A stretch of 64,000 bases of DNA from Desulfuromonadales bacterium (GCA_033549025.1 JAWSUS010000014.1:1-64000); one strand, 5' to 3'. Positions 17,143-27,439 are shown, numbered from the stretch's first letter. Program-made: numbers and translations. Notes: generated by a model not told the origin, from the letters alone.

Positions 17143-18999
17143 ATGCATGAAGTGCCTTATCGTTCGGTTCCGGGGATGATCCGGGAAAACGCCGTCAGGT
17201 TTGCCGACCGCACGGCCATCAGCTACAAAAAGGGGGGGCAGTATATCTCGCTGACCTACGAGCACTTCTATGAAAGGGTGCTCATGGCGGCGCGGGGACT
17301 GCGCAAGGCGGGGGTCAGCCCGGGGGATCGGGTGGCGATCTTTTCGGAAAACCGGGCGGGCTGGGCCATTTCGGATATCGGCTCGCAGGCGGCCCGCGCC
17401 ATCACCGTGCCGATTTACGCCACCAACACGCCGGAACAGGCGGCTTATGTCATCAACCATGCCGAGGCGAAGATCATCTTCGTCTCCAACCGGGTCCAGT
17501 ATGAGAAGCTGCTCAAGATTCGCGAGCAGATTCCGGGGGTTCGGCTGGTGGTCTCTTACGAACGGTTTATGGGAGACCTGTCCTTTCCCGTCTATACCCT
17601 CTATCAACTCTCTGAAATATCCCATCCGCTGACACCGGCGGAAAAAAAATCCATCGAAGACGATATCGAGGCCATTGGGCCGGACGATGTCCTCTCCATC
17701 ATCTATACTTCTGGCACGACCGGGCCGCCTAAGGGGGTGGTGCTCAGCCACGGCAATATGCTCTTCGATGCCTATTATGGGTCCAAAAGGCTGGGAGACG
17801 TGCAGCGCGAAGATGTGTTTCTGAGCTTTCTGCCGCTGAGCCATGTGCTGGAAAGGACGGCGGGCTATCATGCGCCCCTGATGCTGGGCGCCCATGTCGC
17901 TTTTGCCGAGAGCGTGGAGAAGGTGGTGGAGAACATGCAGGAAGTGCGGCCGACCACCATGGTCTGCGTGCCGCGTCTGTTCGAGAAAATCTACGCGCGC
18001 ATTCACGAGAACGTCCACCAGATGAATCCGCTGCGGCGGCGCCTCTTTTTTAGCGCCGTGGAGCTGGGGCGACGCTATGTGGAGCTGCGTTATGTGAAGA
18101 GGCAACCGGCAGGCGGGCTGGCGCTGCGCTACCGCCTGGCCGACCGCCTGGTCTTTCGCAAAATCCGCCAGAAGTTCGGCGGGCGGCTGCGTTTCTGCAT
18201 CAGCGGGGGCGCGCCTTTGGACAAGACCATAAACGAATTCATGTGGGTCATTGGTATCCCGGTGTTCGAAGGCTACGGCCTGACGGAGACGAGTCCGGCT
18301 CTGACCCTGAGTACGAAGGACGCTTTGCGTTTCGGTTCGGTGGGCAAGGCCCTGGAAAAAACCGAGCTGACCCTGGCCGAGGACGGCGAGCTGCTGGTGC
18401 GCGGGCCGCAGGTGATGCGGGGCTACTACCGCAACGAAGAAGGGACGGCGGCGGTCTTTCAGGACGGCTGGTTGAAGACGGGGGATATCGCCCGCATCGA
18501 CGGCGAAGGTTTTGTTCACATCATCGACCGCAAGAAGGAGATCATCATCACCTCGGGGGGTAAAAATATCGCTCCGCAGCCTATCGAGAGCGAGCTGAAG
18601 CTGGACAAATACATTTCGCAGGCCATGGTGTACGGCGACGGCCGCCCCTATCTGGTGGCTCTGCTGACGCCCTACATCGAGCGCCTGCTCGAGCTGGCCC
18701 AGCAGGAGAATATCCACTACTTCGATGTAGAGGACCTGGTTTCCAACGAAAAGGTGCTGGCCCTCTTCGAAGAGCGCATCGCCGCCGTGAACGAGCGGCT
18801 GCCGAGCTATGAGACCATCAAGAAGTTCGCTCTTATCCCCCGCGATTTCTCCGTGGACGGCGGCGAACTGACGCCGACCCTCAAGCTCAAACGCAAAGTC
18901 ATCTATCAGAAATATCAGGATAAAATCGATCGACTGTATCTGGAACCCGGCAATGGCTTCCCCGAAAGGGAGGCGTCAGACAATGGAGGAAACAGATGA
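17143..18999 (+). CDS. fadD: Long-chain-fatty-acid--CoA ligase
   Basis: YTSGTTGPPKG, EGYGLTE, DGWLKTGD, DRKKEIIITSGGKNIAP, TPTLKLKR. Confidence 0.93.
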   Translation: MHEVPYRSVPGMIRENAVRFADRTAISYKKGGQYISLTYEHFYERVLMAARGLRKAGVSPGDRVAIFSENRAGWAISDIGSQAARAITVPIYATNTPEQAAYVINHAEAKIIFVSNRVQYEKLLKIREQIPGVRLVVSYERFMGDLSFPVYTLYQLSEISHPLTPAEKKSIEDDIEAIGPDDVLSIIYTSGTTGPPKGVVLSHGNMLFDAYYGSKRLGDVQREDVFLSFLPLSHVLERTAGYHAPLMLGAHVAFAESVEKVVENMQEVRPTTMVCVPRLFEKIYARIHENVHQMNPLRRRLFFSAVELGRRYVELRYVKRQPAGGLALRYRLADRLVFRKIRQKFGGRLRFCISGGAPLDKTINEFMWVIGIPVFEGYGLTETSPALTLSTKDALRFGSVGKALEKTELTLAEDGELLVRGPQVMRGYYRNEEGTAAVFQDGWLKTGDIARIDGEGFVHIIDRKKEIIITSGGKNIAPQPIESELKLDKYISQAMVYGDGRPYLVALLTPYIERLLELAQQENIHYFDVEDLVSNEKVLALFEERIAAVNERLPSYETIKKFALIPRDFSVDGGELTPTLKLKRKVIYQKYQDKIDRLYLEPGNGFPEREASDNGGNR

Positions 19000-21383
19000 T
19001 AAGGATCAAACGGGTAGCCGTACTCGGCGCCGGGGTGATGGGCAGCACCATCGCCGCGCACCTGGCCAACGCGGGACTGGACGTCCTGCTTCTCGACATG
19101 GTCCCCCGCGAGCTGAAAGAGGAAGAAAAGGCGCGAGGACTGACTCTGGACAGCCCGGCGGTGCGCAATCGCCTCGCCGCCGACGGCCTGGAGGCGGCAG
19201 TGCGCATGAAGCCGGCGGCCTTCTATCTGAAAGAGTACGCCCGCCGCGTGGAGGTAGGCAACTTCGCGGATGACATGACCCGTCTGCGGGAGTGCGACTG
19301 GGTTGTCGAAGTGGTGGTGGAGAATCTGGACATCAAAAAGACGCTCTTTCGCGATCAGGTGGCGCCCAACCTCAAGGAGGGGGCCATTCTCTCCACCAAT
19401 ACCAGCGGGCTTTCCGTAAACGCCATGGCGCAGGCCCTGCCTGAAGCGGTGCGCAAAAACTTTCTGGTGACCCATTTCTTCAATCCGCCCCGCTACATGC
19501 GCCTGCTCGAAGTGGTGGGGTGCCAGCAGACCGATCCGCAGGTGCTCGAGGCGATGTCCCAATTCCTCCGTCAGCGCCTGGGCAAGGGGGTGGTCGCCGC
19601 CAAGGATACGCCCAACTTTATCGCCAACCGCATCGGCGTCTATGCCATTTTCAAGTCGGTGCAGCACATGCTTGAGATGGGGATGACGGTGGAGGAGGTA
19701 GACGCTGTCGCCGGTCCCGCCACCGCTCGGCCCAAGAGTGCCGCCTTTCGCACCGCCGACCTGGTGGGTCTCGATACCCTGGTGCATGTCGGCAACAACT
19801 CCTACGAACTGCTGCCCGACGACGAGGAGCGCGAGGTCTTTCGGGTGCCCGAGTTCATGCAGGACATGGTGGGCAAAGGACTGCTCGGCAACAAGAGCAA
19901 AAAGGGCTTCTATCGCAAGGAGAAAGGGGAGGGGGGCTCGCAGATCTTCTACTACGACTACCGCAGCGGCGACTACCAGCCGTCGGCGCGTCCCCGCTTC
20001 GCCTCCGTCGATGCGGCCCGTCAGATCGACGACCCGGCCAAGCGCTTGCAGATGGTGGTCAGCGGTGCCGACCAGGGGGCGGAGTTCGCCTGGCGCAGCC
20101 TGCGCGATACCCTGCTTTACACTCTGCGTCGCCTGCCTGAGATCGCCGATGATATCGTCCATGTCGATAACGCCATGCGCTGGGGCTTCAACTGGGAGAT
20201 CGGTCCCTTCGAGATGTTCGACGCCATCGGTGTGGGGGCCTTTGTCAAACGGGCACAGCGGGACGGCGTCGAGATCCCCGAGGTGCTGACCCGCCTCGAG
20301 TCCTTCTACCGTTTCGAAGGCGGCGTGAAGCAGGCCTACGACCTGGCCGCCGGGGAGTACCGGCCGGTGGCCCTGGATCCCGGCCAGATCCGGTTGGATA
20401 TTCTCAAACGAGGCGGGGCCGTGGTGGAAAAGAACGCCAACTGCTCCGTTATCGACCTGGGGGACGGCGTCTTCGGCCTGGAGTTTCATTCGAAGATGAA
20501 CGCCATCACCGGCGACATCCTCAGCATGACACACAAGGCCCTGGCCCGGGCCGAGGCCGACGGCGTCGGCCTGGTCATCGGCAACCAGGGCGCCAATTTC
20601 TCGGTGGGGGCCAACCTGATGATGCTGGCCGTGGCCCTGGCCGAAGGGGCCTACGAGGATGTGGATCTGGCGGTGCGGGCCTTCCAGAAGGCGACCATGG
20701 CCATCAAGTATTCTCCCATCCCGGTCGTGTCGGCGCCCTTCGGCCTGGCTCTTGGCGGCGGCTGTGAATTCTGTATTCACGCCGACGCCATCACCGCCCA
20801 CGCCGAAACCTACATGGGGCTGGTGGAAATCGGCGTCGGCCTCCTGCCCGCCGGCGGCGGCACCAAGGAGATGGCCCTGCGGGCTGCTCGGATGGCGGCG
20901 ACCTATGGTACAGATGTCTCTCCCTTCGTCTTCAAGTTCTTCCAGAATATCGGCATGGCCAAGGTCTCCATGAGCGCCGCCGAACTATATGAATTGGGCT
21001 ACATGGATGAGGGCGACGCTATCAGCATGAACGCCGACCGTCTCATTGCCGATGCCAAGCAGAAGGTTCTGGCTCTGGCGCGCAATTACCGGCCAGGCCG
21101 CCCCGAGGAGGGGGTCAAGGCGGCGGGGCGCAGCGTGGCGGCCAGTATTCGCAGTCAGCTGTGGAATCTGCAGCAGGGCGGCTTTGTCGCCCCGTACGAG
21201 GCGGAGATGGGCGGCGTTATCGCCGGCATCATCACCGGCGGCGACGTCCCAGCCGGTACGCCGATCAGCGAGCAGTACCTGCTCGACCTGGAGCGCGAAG
21301 GGTTTTTGAAACTCTGTGGCAACAAAAAGACAGCGGAGCGCATTCAACACATGCTCAAAAAGGGCAAGCCGCTGCGCAACTGA
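18996..21383 (+). CDS. fadN: 3-hydroxyacyl-CoA dehydrogenase / enoyl-CoA hydratase (FadN-type)
   Basis: GAGVMG, HFFNPPRYM, C-terminal crotonase NFSVGANL, GGGCE, GLVEIGVG. Confidence 0.92.
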   Translation: MIRIKRVAVLGAGVMGSTIAAHLANAGLDVLLLDMVPRELKEEEKARGLTLDSPAVRNRLAADGLEAAVRMKPAAFYLKEYARRVEVGNFADDMTRLRECDWVVEVVVENLDIKKTLFRDQVAPNLKEGAILSTNTSGLSVNAMAQALPEAVRKNFLVTHFFNPPRYMRLLEVVGCQQTDPQVLEAMSQFLRQRLGKGVVAAKDTPNFIANRIGVYAIFKSVQHMLEMGMTVEEVDAVAGPATARPKSAAFRTADLVGLDTLVHVGNNSYELLPDDEEREVFRVPEFMQDMVGKGLLGNKSKKGFYRKEKGEGGSQIFYYDYRSGDYQPSARPRFASVDAARQIDDPAKRLQMVVSGADQGAEFAWRSLRDTLLYTLRRLPEIADDIVHVDNAMRWGFNWEIGPFEMFDAIGVGAFVKRAQRDGVEIPEVLTRLESFYRFEGGVKQAYDLAAGEYRPVALDPGQIRLDILKRGGAVVEKNANCSVIDLGDGVFGLEFHSKMNAITGDILSMTHKALARAEADGVGLVIGNQGANFSVGANLMMLAVALAEGAYEDVDLAVRAFQKATMAIKYSPIPVVSAPFGLALGGGCEFCIHADAITAHAETYMGLVEIGVGLLPAGGGTKEMALRAARMAATYGTDVSPFVFKFFQNIGMAKVSMSAAELYELGYMDEGDAISMNADRLIADAKQKVLALARNYRPGRPEEGVKAAGRSVAASIRSQLWNLQQGGFVAPYEAEMGGVIAGIITGGDVPAGTPISEQYLLDLEREGFLKLCGNKKTAERIQHMLKKGKPLRN

Positions 21384-21439
21384 GCCAGTCGCCCCTTTTT
21401 GCCAACCCGAACCAATCAAGCACGCAATTGGAGGTTTCC

Positions 21440-22615
21440 ATGAGAAACGCCTATATACTGGCTGCCTATAGAACCCCGGGATGCCGGGCCCACAAAGGAA
21501 AATTCAAGGACATGCGCCCGGATGACCTGGCCGCCGCCGCCATTGGCGGCCTGCTGGAGCGCACGGGCATCGAGGCGATGACCGTCGACGACGTGATTCT
21601 TGGCTGCGCCTTCCCCGAAGGGGAGCAGGGCATGAACGTGGCTCGCGTGGCTGCCATGCGGGCGGGCATGCCCTACCAGGTGCCGGCCCAGACCATCAAC
21701 CGTTTCTGCTCATCGGGACTGCAGGCCATCGCCCTGGCCGCCGAGCGTATCATGGCGGGTTTTGCTGACTGTATCCTGGCTGGCGGGGTCGAATCGATGA
21801 CCACGGTGCCCATGGGCGGCAACAAGTTCAGCGCCAACCCGTCGCTGGTCAGCCAGTGGCCGGAAGCCTACGTCTCCATGGGGATTACGGCGGAGCTGGT
21901 GGCGGAAAAGTACGGGGTCTCCCGCGAAGATCAGGACGCCTTCGCCCTGGCCAGTCACCAGAAAGCCGCCCGGGCGCTGGCGGAAGGTCGCTTCACCGAT
22001 GAAATCATCCCCGTCGACGTCGAGACGGCGACTTTGACCGGCAGTAAGGTGGTGAAAAACCGGGAGGCGGTCGCTGCCGACGACGGTGTGCGGGCTGACA
22101 CCAGCCTTGACGGGCTGGCCCGACTCAAGCCGGCCTTCAAGGTCGGGGGGACGGTGACGGCGGGCAACGCTTCCCAGATGACCGACGGCGCCGCCAGCGT
22201 GCTCGTGGTGTCGGAGGACTATCTGAAGAAGACGGGCAAGGAGCCCGTGGCCTGCTTCCTCTCCTTCGCTGCCCGTGGCGTGCCGCCGGAGCTCATGGGC
22301 ATCGGCCCGGTGGAGGCGGTGCCCGTGGCCCTGAAGATGGCCGGTCTCAAACAGGCCGATCTGGGTCTCATCGAACTCAATGAGGCCTTCGCCGCCCAGG
22401 CTCTGGCCGTGGTTCGTGAGCTGAAGCTGAATCCCGAAATCGTCAACGTCAACGGCGGCGCCATCGCCCTCGGCCATCCGCTCGGCTGTACCGGGGCCAA
22501 GCTGACCGCCACCCTGCTGGCGGAGATGGGGCGACGTCGCGAAAAATATGGCATGGTTTCCATGTGCATCGGCGGCGGCATGGGCGCGGCCGGCATCTTC
22601 GAGCGGCTCGGCTAG
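21440..22615 (+). CDS. fadA: Acetyl-CoA C-acyltransferase (thiolase)
   Basis: NRFCSSG, NEAFA, GHPLG, CIGGG. Confidence 0.95.
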   Translation: MRNAYILAAYRTPGCRAHKGKFKDMRPDDLAAAAIGGLLERTGIEAMTVDDVILGCAFPEGEQGMNVARVAAMRAGMPYQVPAQTINRFCSSGLQAIALAAERIMAGFADCILAGGVESMTTVPMGGNKFSANPSLVSQWPEAYVSMGITAELVAEKYGVSREDQDAFALASHQKAARALAEGRFTDEIIPVDVETATLTGSKVVKNREAVAADDGVRADTSLDGLARLKPAFKVGGTVTAGNASQMTDGAASVLVVSEDYLKKTGKEPVACFLSFAARGVPPELMGIGPVEAVPVALKMAGLKQADLGLIELNEAFAAQALAVVRELKLNPEIVNVNGGAIALGHPLGCTGAKLTATLLAEMGRRREKYGMVSMCIGGGMGAAGIFERLG

Positions 22616-22647
22616 CCGCCAGCCTGAATCCTGAAATGAGGTGACTT

Positions 22648-24429
22648 ATGACGACACGATTATTCAAGGGCGGAGAGTTTCTGGTAACCGAGGTGACGAA
22701 GGACGAGGTCTTCACCCCCGAGGACTTTACCGACGAGCAGCGGGCCATCGGTGTGACGACGGAGCAGTTCGTCGCCAACGACATCGCTCCCCATATCGAG
22801 GAGATCGACCAGCAGAACTTCGACCTGGTGGTGGAGGGGATGCGCAAGGCCGGCGAACTGGGCCTGCTCATGATCGACGCCCCGGAGGAATACGGCGGCC
22901 TGGAACTGGACAAGGCCACCAGTATGCTGGTCGGCGAAAAGATATCCTACGCCGGCTCCTTCTCGGTGGCCTACGCCGCCCATTCCGGCATCGGCACCCT
23001 GCCGCTGATCTATTACGGCACCGCCGCCCAGAAGGAGAAATACCTGGAGAAGATCATCAGCGGCGAATGGATCGCCGCCTACTGCCTGACAGAACCCGAG
23101 TCGGGCAGCGACGCTCTCGGGGCGCGGGCCACGGCCACCCTGTCGGAGGACGGCCAATACTACCTTCTCAACGGCACCAAACAGTTCATCACCAACGGCG
23201 GTTTCGCCCAGCTCTTCACCGTCTTCGCCAAGGTGGACAAGGAGCACTTCACCGCCTTTCTGGTGGAGCGGGATTTCGACGGGCTGGTGATCGGAGCCGA
23301 AGAGAAGAAGCTCGGCATCAAGGGATCTTCCACCACCCAGATCATTCTCGACAACTGCAAGGTGCCGGTGGAAAATGTCCTCGGCGAAATCGGCAAGGGG
23401 CACAAGATTGCCTTCAACGTCCTCAATGTTGGTCGTTTCAAGCTGGGAGCCGGGGTGACCGGCGCCGCCAAGATGGCCCTGGCCGAGGGGATCCGCTACG
23501 CCAACGCGCGCAAGCAGTTCGGCAAGCCCATCGCCTCCTTCGGGGCCATACAGGAGAAGCTCGCCAACCTGACCGCCGCCACCTTCGCCTCCGAATCCCT
23601 CGTCTACCGTCTGGCCGGTCTGCTCGACAACCGCCTGGCCACCCTGGAAAAGGGGGTGGACAACTACTACGATCTCTATCAGAAGGGGATTGAGGAATAC
23701 GCCACCGAGTGCGCCATCTCCAAGGTCTACTGCAGCGAGGTGCTGGCCGAGGTCGTCGATGAGGTGGTGCAGATCCACGGCGGCTACGGCTTCGTCAGCG
23801 AGTATCCGGCCGAACGCTACTACCGGGACGAGCGCATCAACCGCATCTTCGAGGGGACCAACGAGGTTAACCGTCTGCTCATCCCCGGCATGATCCTGCG
23901 CAAAGCCATGAAGGGGGAGCTGCCCCTGCAGAAGGAAGCCATGAAGGCCTTGGAGGGCCTGATGACGCCGAGCTTCGAGGAGATCGACGACAGCCTGCCT
24001 TTTGCCCGCGAGAAGGTGCTGCTCAAGAATCTCAAGGCCGTCTTCCTGCTGCTGGCCGGCGCGGCGGTGCAGAAGTACCTCATGCGCCTGCAGGATGAGC
24101 AGGAGATTCTCACGGCCGCCGCCGATATCGCCATCGAAATTTTCGCGCTGGAGAGCGCCGTGCTGCGGGCCGAAAAGTCTCTGGCCAAAGCCAGCGACAA
24201 GCGCCAGGAGCTGCTGAACGCCGTGGTGAAGGTCTGTGCTTTCCGAACAGCGGAGGCGGTGGGGACAGCGGCCCGGCGGGGGGCCTTCTATGTGGAAGAA
24301 GGGGATACTCTGACCATGATGCTCAGTGGCATCCGCCGTTACACCCGTTATGACGCCACGGGTCTGCTGCCGGCCAAGCGGCGACTGGCCGAAGAGGCCA
24401 TCAGCGCTGAAAAATATATTTTCCAGTGA
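22648..24429 (+). CDS. fadE: Acyl-CoA dehydrogenase (long FadE-type)
   Basis: CLTEPESGSD, QIHGGYG, RIFEGTNE, C-terminal extension. Confidence 0.93.
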   Translation: MTTRLFKGGEFLVTEVTKDEVFTPEDFTDEQRAIGVTTEQFVANDIAPHIEEIDQQNFDLVVEGMRKAGELGLLMIDAPEEYGGLELDKATSMLVGEKISYAGSFSVAYAAHSGIGTLPLIYYGTAAQKEKYLEKIISGEWIAAYCLTEPESGSDALGARATATLSEDGQYYLLNGTKQFITNGGFAQLFTVFAKVDKEHFTAFLVERDFDGLVIGAEEKKLGIKGSSTTQIILDNCKVPVENVLGEIGKGHKIAFNVLNVGRFKLGAGVTGAAKMALAEGIRYANARKQFGKPIASFGAIQEKLANLTAATFASESLVYRLAGLLDNRLATLEKGVDNYYDLYQKGIEEYATECAISKVYCSEVLAEVVDEVVQIHGGYGFVSEYPAERYYRDERINRIFEGTNEVNRLLIPGMILRKAMKGELPLQKEAMKALEGLMTPSFEEIDDSLPFAREKVLLKNLKAVFLLLAGAAVQKYLMRLQDEQEILTAAADIAIEIFALESAVLRAEKSLAKASDKRQELLNAVVKVCAFRTAEAVGTAARRGAFYVEEGDTLTMMLSGIRRYTRYDATGLLPAKRRLAEEAISAEKYIFQ

Positions 24430-25460
24430 GCCACAGGGCCGTCATGATGCCTGCGGATGAACCCGTTTTCGCTCCGGTCACTGAACCGCCTGTTGAGGAA
24501 AGCCTGCGCAAGCACACGGTCAACACTCCCTACATGGTGGGTGAGGTCCATTTCTATGCGACGGAACTCCAGGGCGAGCCGGTATTGTTCGATACCGGCC
24601 CGCCCACGGAGGAGGGGAGACAGGCCCTGTGCCGCAGTGTCGATCTCTCGCGGCTGCGTCATGTGTTCATTACCCATTGTCACGTGGACCACTACGGGCT
24701 GGCGGGTTTTATCGCCGAAAACAGCGATGCCGTCATCTATGTGCCGCGCCTGGATGCGCTCAAGATGCGTCATCATGAGCAGCGCCTGACTTTCATGGAG
24801 GATGAGCTGAGACAGCTGGGTTTCGCGCCAGGCTTTGTCGACGCTTTTCGCCGGGGGCTCGAGCGCAGCGAACTCTTTCCGCGCCTGCCCAAGCGGATGG
24901 AGATCGTCGAGGAGTCGGACGTGCCGGCCCAGCTCGGTATCGGGGTGCTGGCGGCGCCGGGCCACTGCCAGAGCGACCTGGTCTATCAGGTCAATGGCTG
25001 CGCGGTGACGGGCGATATCCTGTTGCGTCACATCTTTCAGGCGCCGTTGCTCGACTTTGACCTGCAGACCCTGCAGGGGCGTTTTCCCAACTACCGGGCT
25101 TACTGCGACAGCCTCACGAAGCTGCAGGCGCTGCGCGGATTGCGCATTCGGCCCGGGCACCGGGATTATGTCGCCGGGCTGGAGGAGACGATCCTGTTCT
25201 ATGTCAACAAGCTCGTCCAGCGGGCCGCCAAGGTGGCGACCTTTCCGGTCGAGCTGCCCGTGGCCCGGGTGCTGGAACGCATGCTTCCCGTCCCTGCTCC
25301 GGATCCCTTCATCGCCTACCTGAAAGCCTCGGAAGTCGTCTTCATGCGCGATTACCTGGCCGAACCCTGGCGGCTCCGGGAAGCGCTGGCGGCCTTGGGG
25401 CTGCTGGACCGGCTCAGCCAGGGTCAGGGCAGCTCAACCAATAAAGGGGAGGATTTATGA
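24426..25460 (+). CDS. Metallo-beta-lactamase-fold hydrolase
   Basis: THCHVDHYG, PGH, TGD, PGH. Confidence 0.85.
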   Translation: MSHRAVMMPADEPVFAPVTEPPVEESLRKHTVNTPYMVGEVHFYATELQGEPVLFDTGPPTEEGRQALCRSVDLSRLRHVFITHCHVDHYGLAGFIAENSDAVIYVPRLDALKMRHHEQRLTFMEDELRQLGFAPGFVDAFRRGLERSELFPRLPKRMEIVEESDVPAQLGIGVLAAPGHCQSDLVYQVNGCAVTGDILLRHIFQAPLLDFDLQTLQGRFPNYRAYCDSLTKLQALRGLRIRPGHRDYVAGLEETILFYVNKLVQRAAKVATFPVELPVARVLERMLPVPAPDPFIAYLKASEVVFMRDYLAEPWRLREALAALGLLDRLSQGQGSSTNKGEDL

Positions 25461-26017
25461 TCGTTCGTCTGCTGCTGTCCCTGCTGCTGCTGGCGCCGCT
25501 GCCGGTCTTGGCGGTCGAAGTCGAAGGCGTCCAACTGCCGGACCGGCTGGAGGTTCAGGGAGAAACCCTGCACCACAACGGCCACGGCATCCGCAAGAAA
25601 CTCTTCTTCGACATCTATATCGGCTCCCTCTATACCGCCACGCCCGTGCGCAGTCTGTCGGAAGCCCTGGCCAGTCCCGGGGCCAAGCTCATCCGCATGG
25701 ACTTTCTTTACAAGAAGGTGGAAAAGGAAAAAATAATCGAGGCCTTTCGCGAGGGACTAGCCAACCAGTCCGCCGCCCTGGCCGCCGGAGAGGAGGCCCA
25801 GGCCTTTCTGGCCTGGTTCGGCCGGGATTTCGTGCGGGGTGACCGGGTGGAACTCGAACTGGGCGGCGACGGGACTGTGACGGCCCATCACAACGGCGAG
25901 CTGTTGGGGACGCTGCGCTCACCAACTTTTGCTGAAGCGGTGCTGGGGATCTATCTGGGGGACAAGCCGGCAGATGCCCGCCTCAAGGCCGGCATGCTGC
26001 AAGGCAAAGAGCGATGA
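25457..26017 (+). CDS. Secreted chalcone-isomerase-fold protein
   Basis: Signal peptide, NGHGIRKKLFFDIYIGSLY, IYLGDKPAD..LK. Confidence 0.85.
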   Translation: MIVRLLLSLLLLAPLPVLAVEVEGVQLPDRLEVQGETLHHNGHGIRKKLFFDIYIGSLYTATPVRSLSEALASPGAKLIRMDFLYKKVEKEKIIEAFREGLANQSAALAAGEEAQAFLAWFGRDFVRGDRVELELGGDGTVTAHHNGELLGTLRSPTFAEAVLGIYLGDKPADARLKAGMLQGKER

Positions 26018-26036
26018 GGCAAAAGGAGGGGATGGT

Positions 26037-26861
26037 ATGGGAAGCCTGAAAGGCAAAACTTTGTTCATCACCGGTGCCAGTCGGGGCATTGGTGCGGCTA
26101 TCGCCCTGCGTGCCGCCCGTGACGGCGCCAACATCGTCATTGCCGCCAAAAGCAGCCGGCCTCATCCCCGCCTGCCCGGCACCATCCATACCGTGGCGGC
26201 GGACATCGAGGCCGCTGGCGGCCGCGCCCTGGCGCTGCAAATGGATATTCGCGACGAACAACAGGTGGCTGCCGCGGCGGCCCAGGCGGCGGAAACCTTC
26301 GGCGGTATCGATATTCTCATCAACAATGCTTCGGCCATCTATCTGGCCGGCACCCTGCAGACGCCTCCCAAGCGTCTCGACCTCATGTTTCAGGTCAATG
26401 TGCGCGGCACCTTTCTGGCCAGTCAGGCCTGCATGCCCTACCTGCTGCAGGGGGGCAACCCCCATATCCTGAATCTGTCGCCGCCCCTCGATCTGAGCCC
26501 GCGCTGGTTCAAGGACCACACCGCCTATACTATCAGCAAGTACGGTATGAGCCTGTGCGTGCTGGGCATGGCGGCCGAGTTTCAGGGCCAGGTGGCGGTC
26601 AACGCCCTCTGGCCGAAGACGGTCATCCACACCGCCGCGCTGGCCATGCTGGGCGGGCTGGTGCCGGCCGAGGCCTGTCGGACACCGGAGATTGTGGCGG
26701 ATGCGGCTCACGCCGTGCTCTGCCGGCCGGCTCAAACCTGCAGCGGCCGTTTTTACATTGACGAGGAAGTGCTGCGAGAGGAAGGAGTAAACGATTTCGA
26801 GGGGTACGCCGTCTCACCGGGGCACCCGCTGCATACGGATCTTTTTCTGACCCCCGACTAG
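26037..26861 (+). CDS. SDR oxidoreductase (HSDL2/AtuG-like)
   Basis: TGASRGIG, LPGTIHT, NNASAI, YTISK, NALWP. Confidence 0.88.
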   Translation: MGSLKGKTLFITGASRGIGAAIALRAARDGANIVIAAKSSRPHPRLPGTIHTVAADIEAAGGRALALQMDIRDEQQVAAAAAQAAETFGGIDILINNASAIYLAGTLQTPPKRLDLMFQVNVRGTFLASQACMPYLLQGGNPHILNLSPPLDLSPRWFKDHTAYTISKYGMSLCVLGMAAEFQGQVAVNALWPKTVIHTAALAMLGGLVPAEACRTPEIVADAAHAVLCRPAQTCSGRFYIDEEVLREEGVNDFEGYAVSPGHPLHTDLFLTPD

Positions 26862-27270
26862 GTGGTCTTGCCGGCGGACTGTTCCATAGGATGCCCTGAA
26901 TGCGGGCTCGGTAGTCGACAATATCCTTGCGCAGGGAGGCGAGGCGGGAGATCTTTTCATCAACTTTGTTGATATGCAGGTCGAGCATCTCCAGCAGCTG
27001 GGGCGTGATGGTGCTGAAATCCTGGTTGTGGGTGTCGAAGTTGCGGGACAATTCCTGCATTTCCTTGAGGCTGAGCCCCAAATCCTTCATTTTGAGGATA
27101 AACTTGAGGCGCAGAATATCGTTGCGGGAATAGAGTCTGGCGCCGCCTCCCAGTCGTTCGGAGGGACCCATCAGGCCGATCTCTTCGTAGTAGCGGATGG
27201 TTCGCGTCGTGATGCCGAGGCGGATGGCGAGTTCGCCGATCTGGACCAGTTCTGTCGATGTCGTGGTCAT
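26623..27270 (-). CDS. MerR-family regulator, LiuR-like (frame runs into the convergent SDR)
   Basis: IGELA..GITTRTIRYYEEIGL..R.Y..GLSLKEM. LiuR-type boxes lie next to it. Confidence 0.88.
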   Translation of the reverse strand: MTTTSTELVQIGELAIRLGITTRTIRYYEEIGLMGPSERLGGGARLYSRNDILRLKFILKMKDLGLSLKEMQELSRNFDTHNQDFSTITPQLLEMLDLHINKVDEKISRLASLRKDIVDYRARIQGILWNSPPARPPSRGSEKDPYAAGAPVRRRTPRNRLLLPLAALPRQCKNGRCRFEPAGRARREPHPPQSPVSDRPRPAPARPAWPARRCG

Positions 27271-27273
27271 ATT

Positions 27274-27406
27274 CTTCCCTTTACGTAAGGTTTTATTGAT
27301 TTGATTATCACTGGTGCAAGGGGTTGTCAATCGAAAAAAATCATTTCAATGAATACCTTACGTCAAAGTAAAATCATGTTATAAAATAATTTGACCTTAA
27401 CGTAAA
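27274..27406. promoter_or_regulatory. Three LiuR-type boxes in the divergent merR/fadF region
   Basis: CTTCCCTTTACGTAAG (27274), CTTACGTCAAAGTAAA (27357), TTGACCTTAACGTAAA (27391). Confidence 0.65.
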
Positions 27407-27439
27407 GTCATGGTAAAGGTTTGAGCAGGAGGGCCTGCT

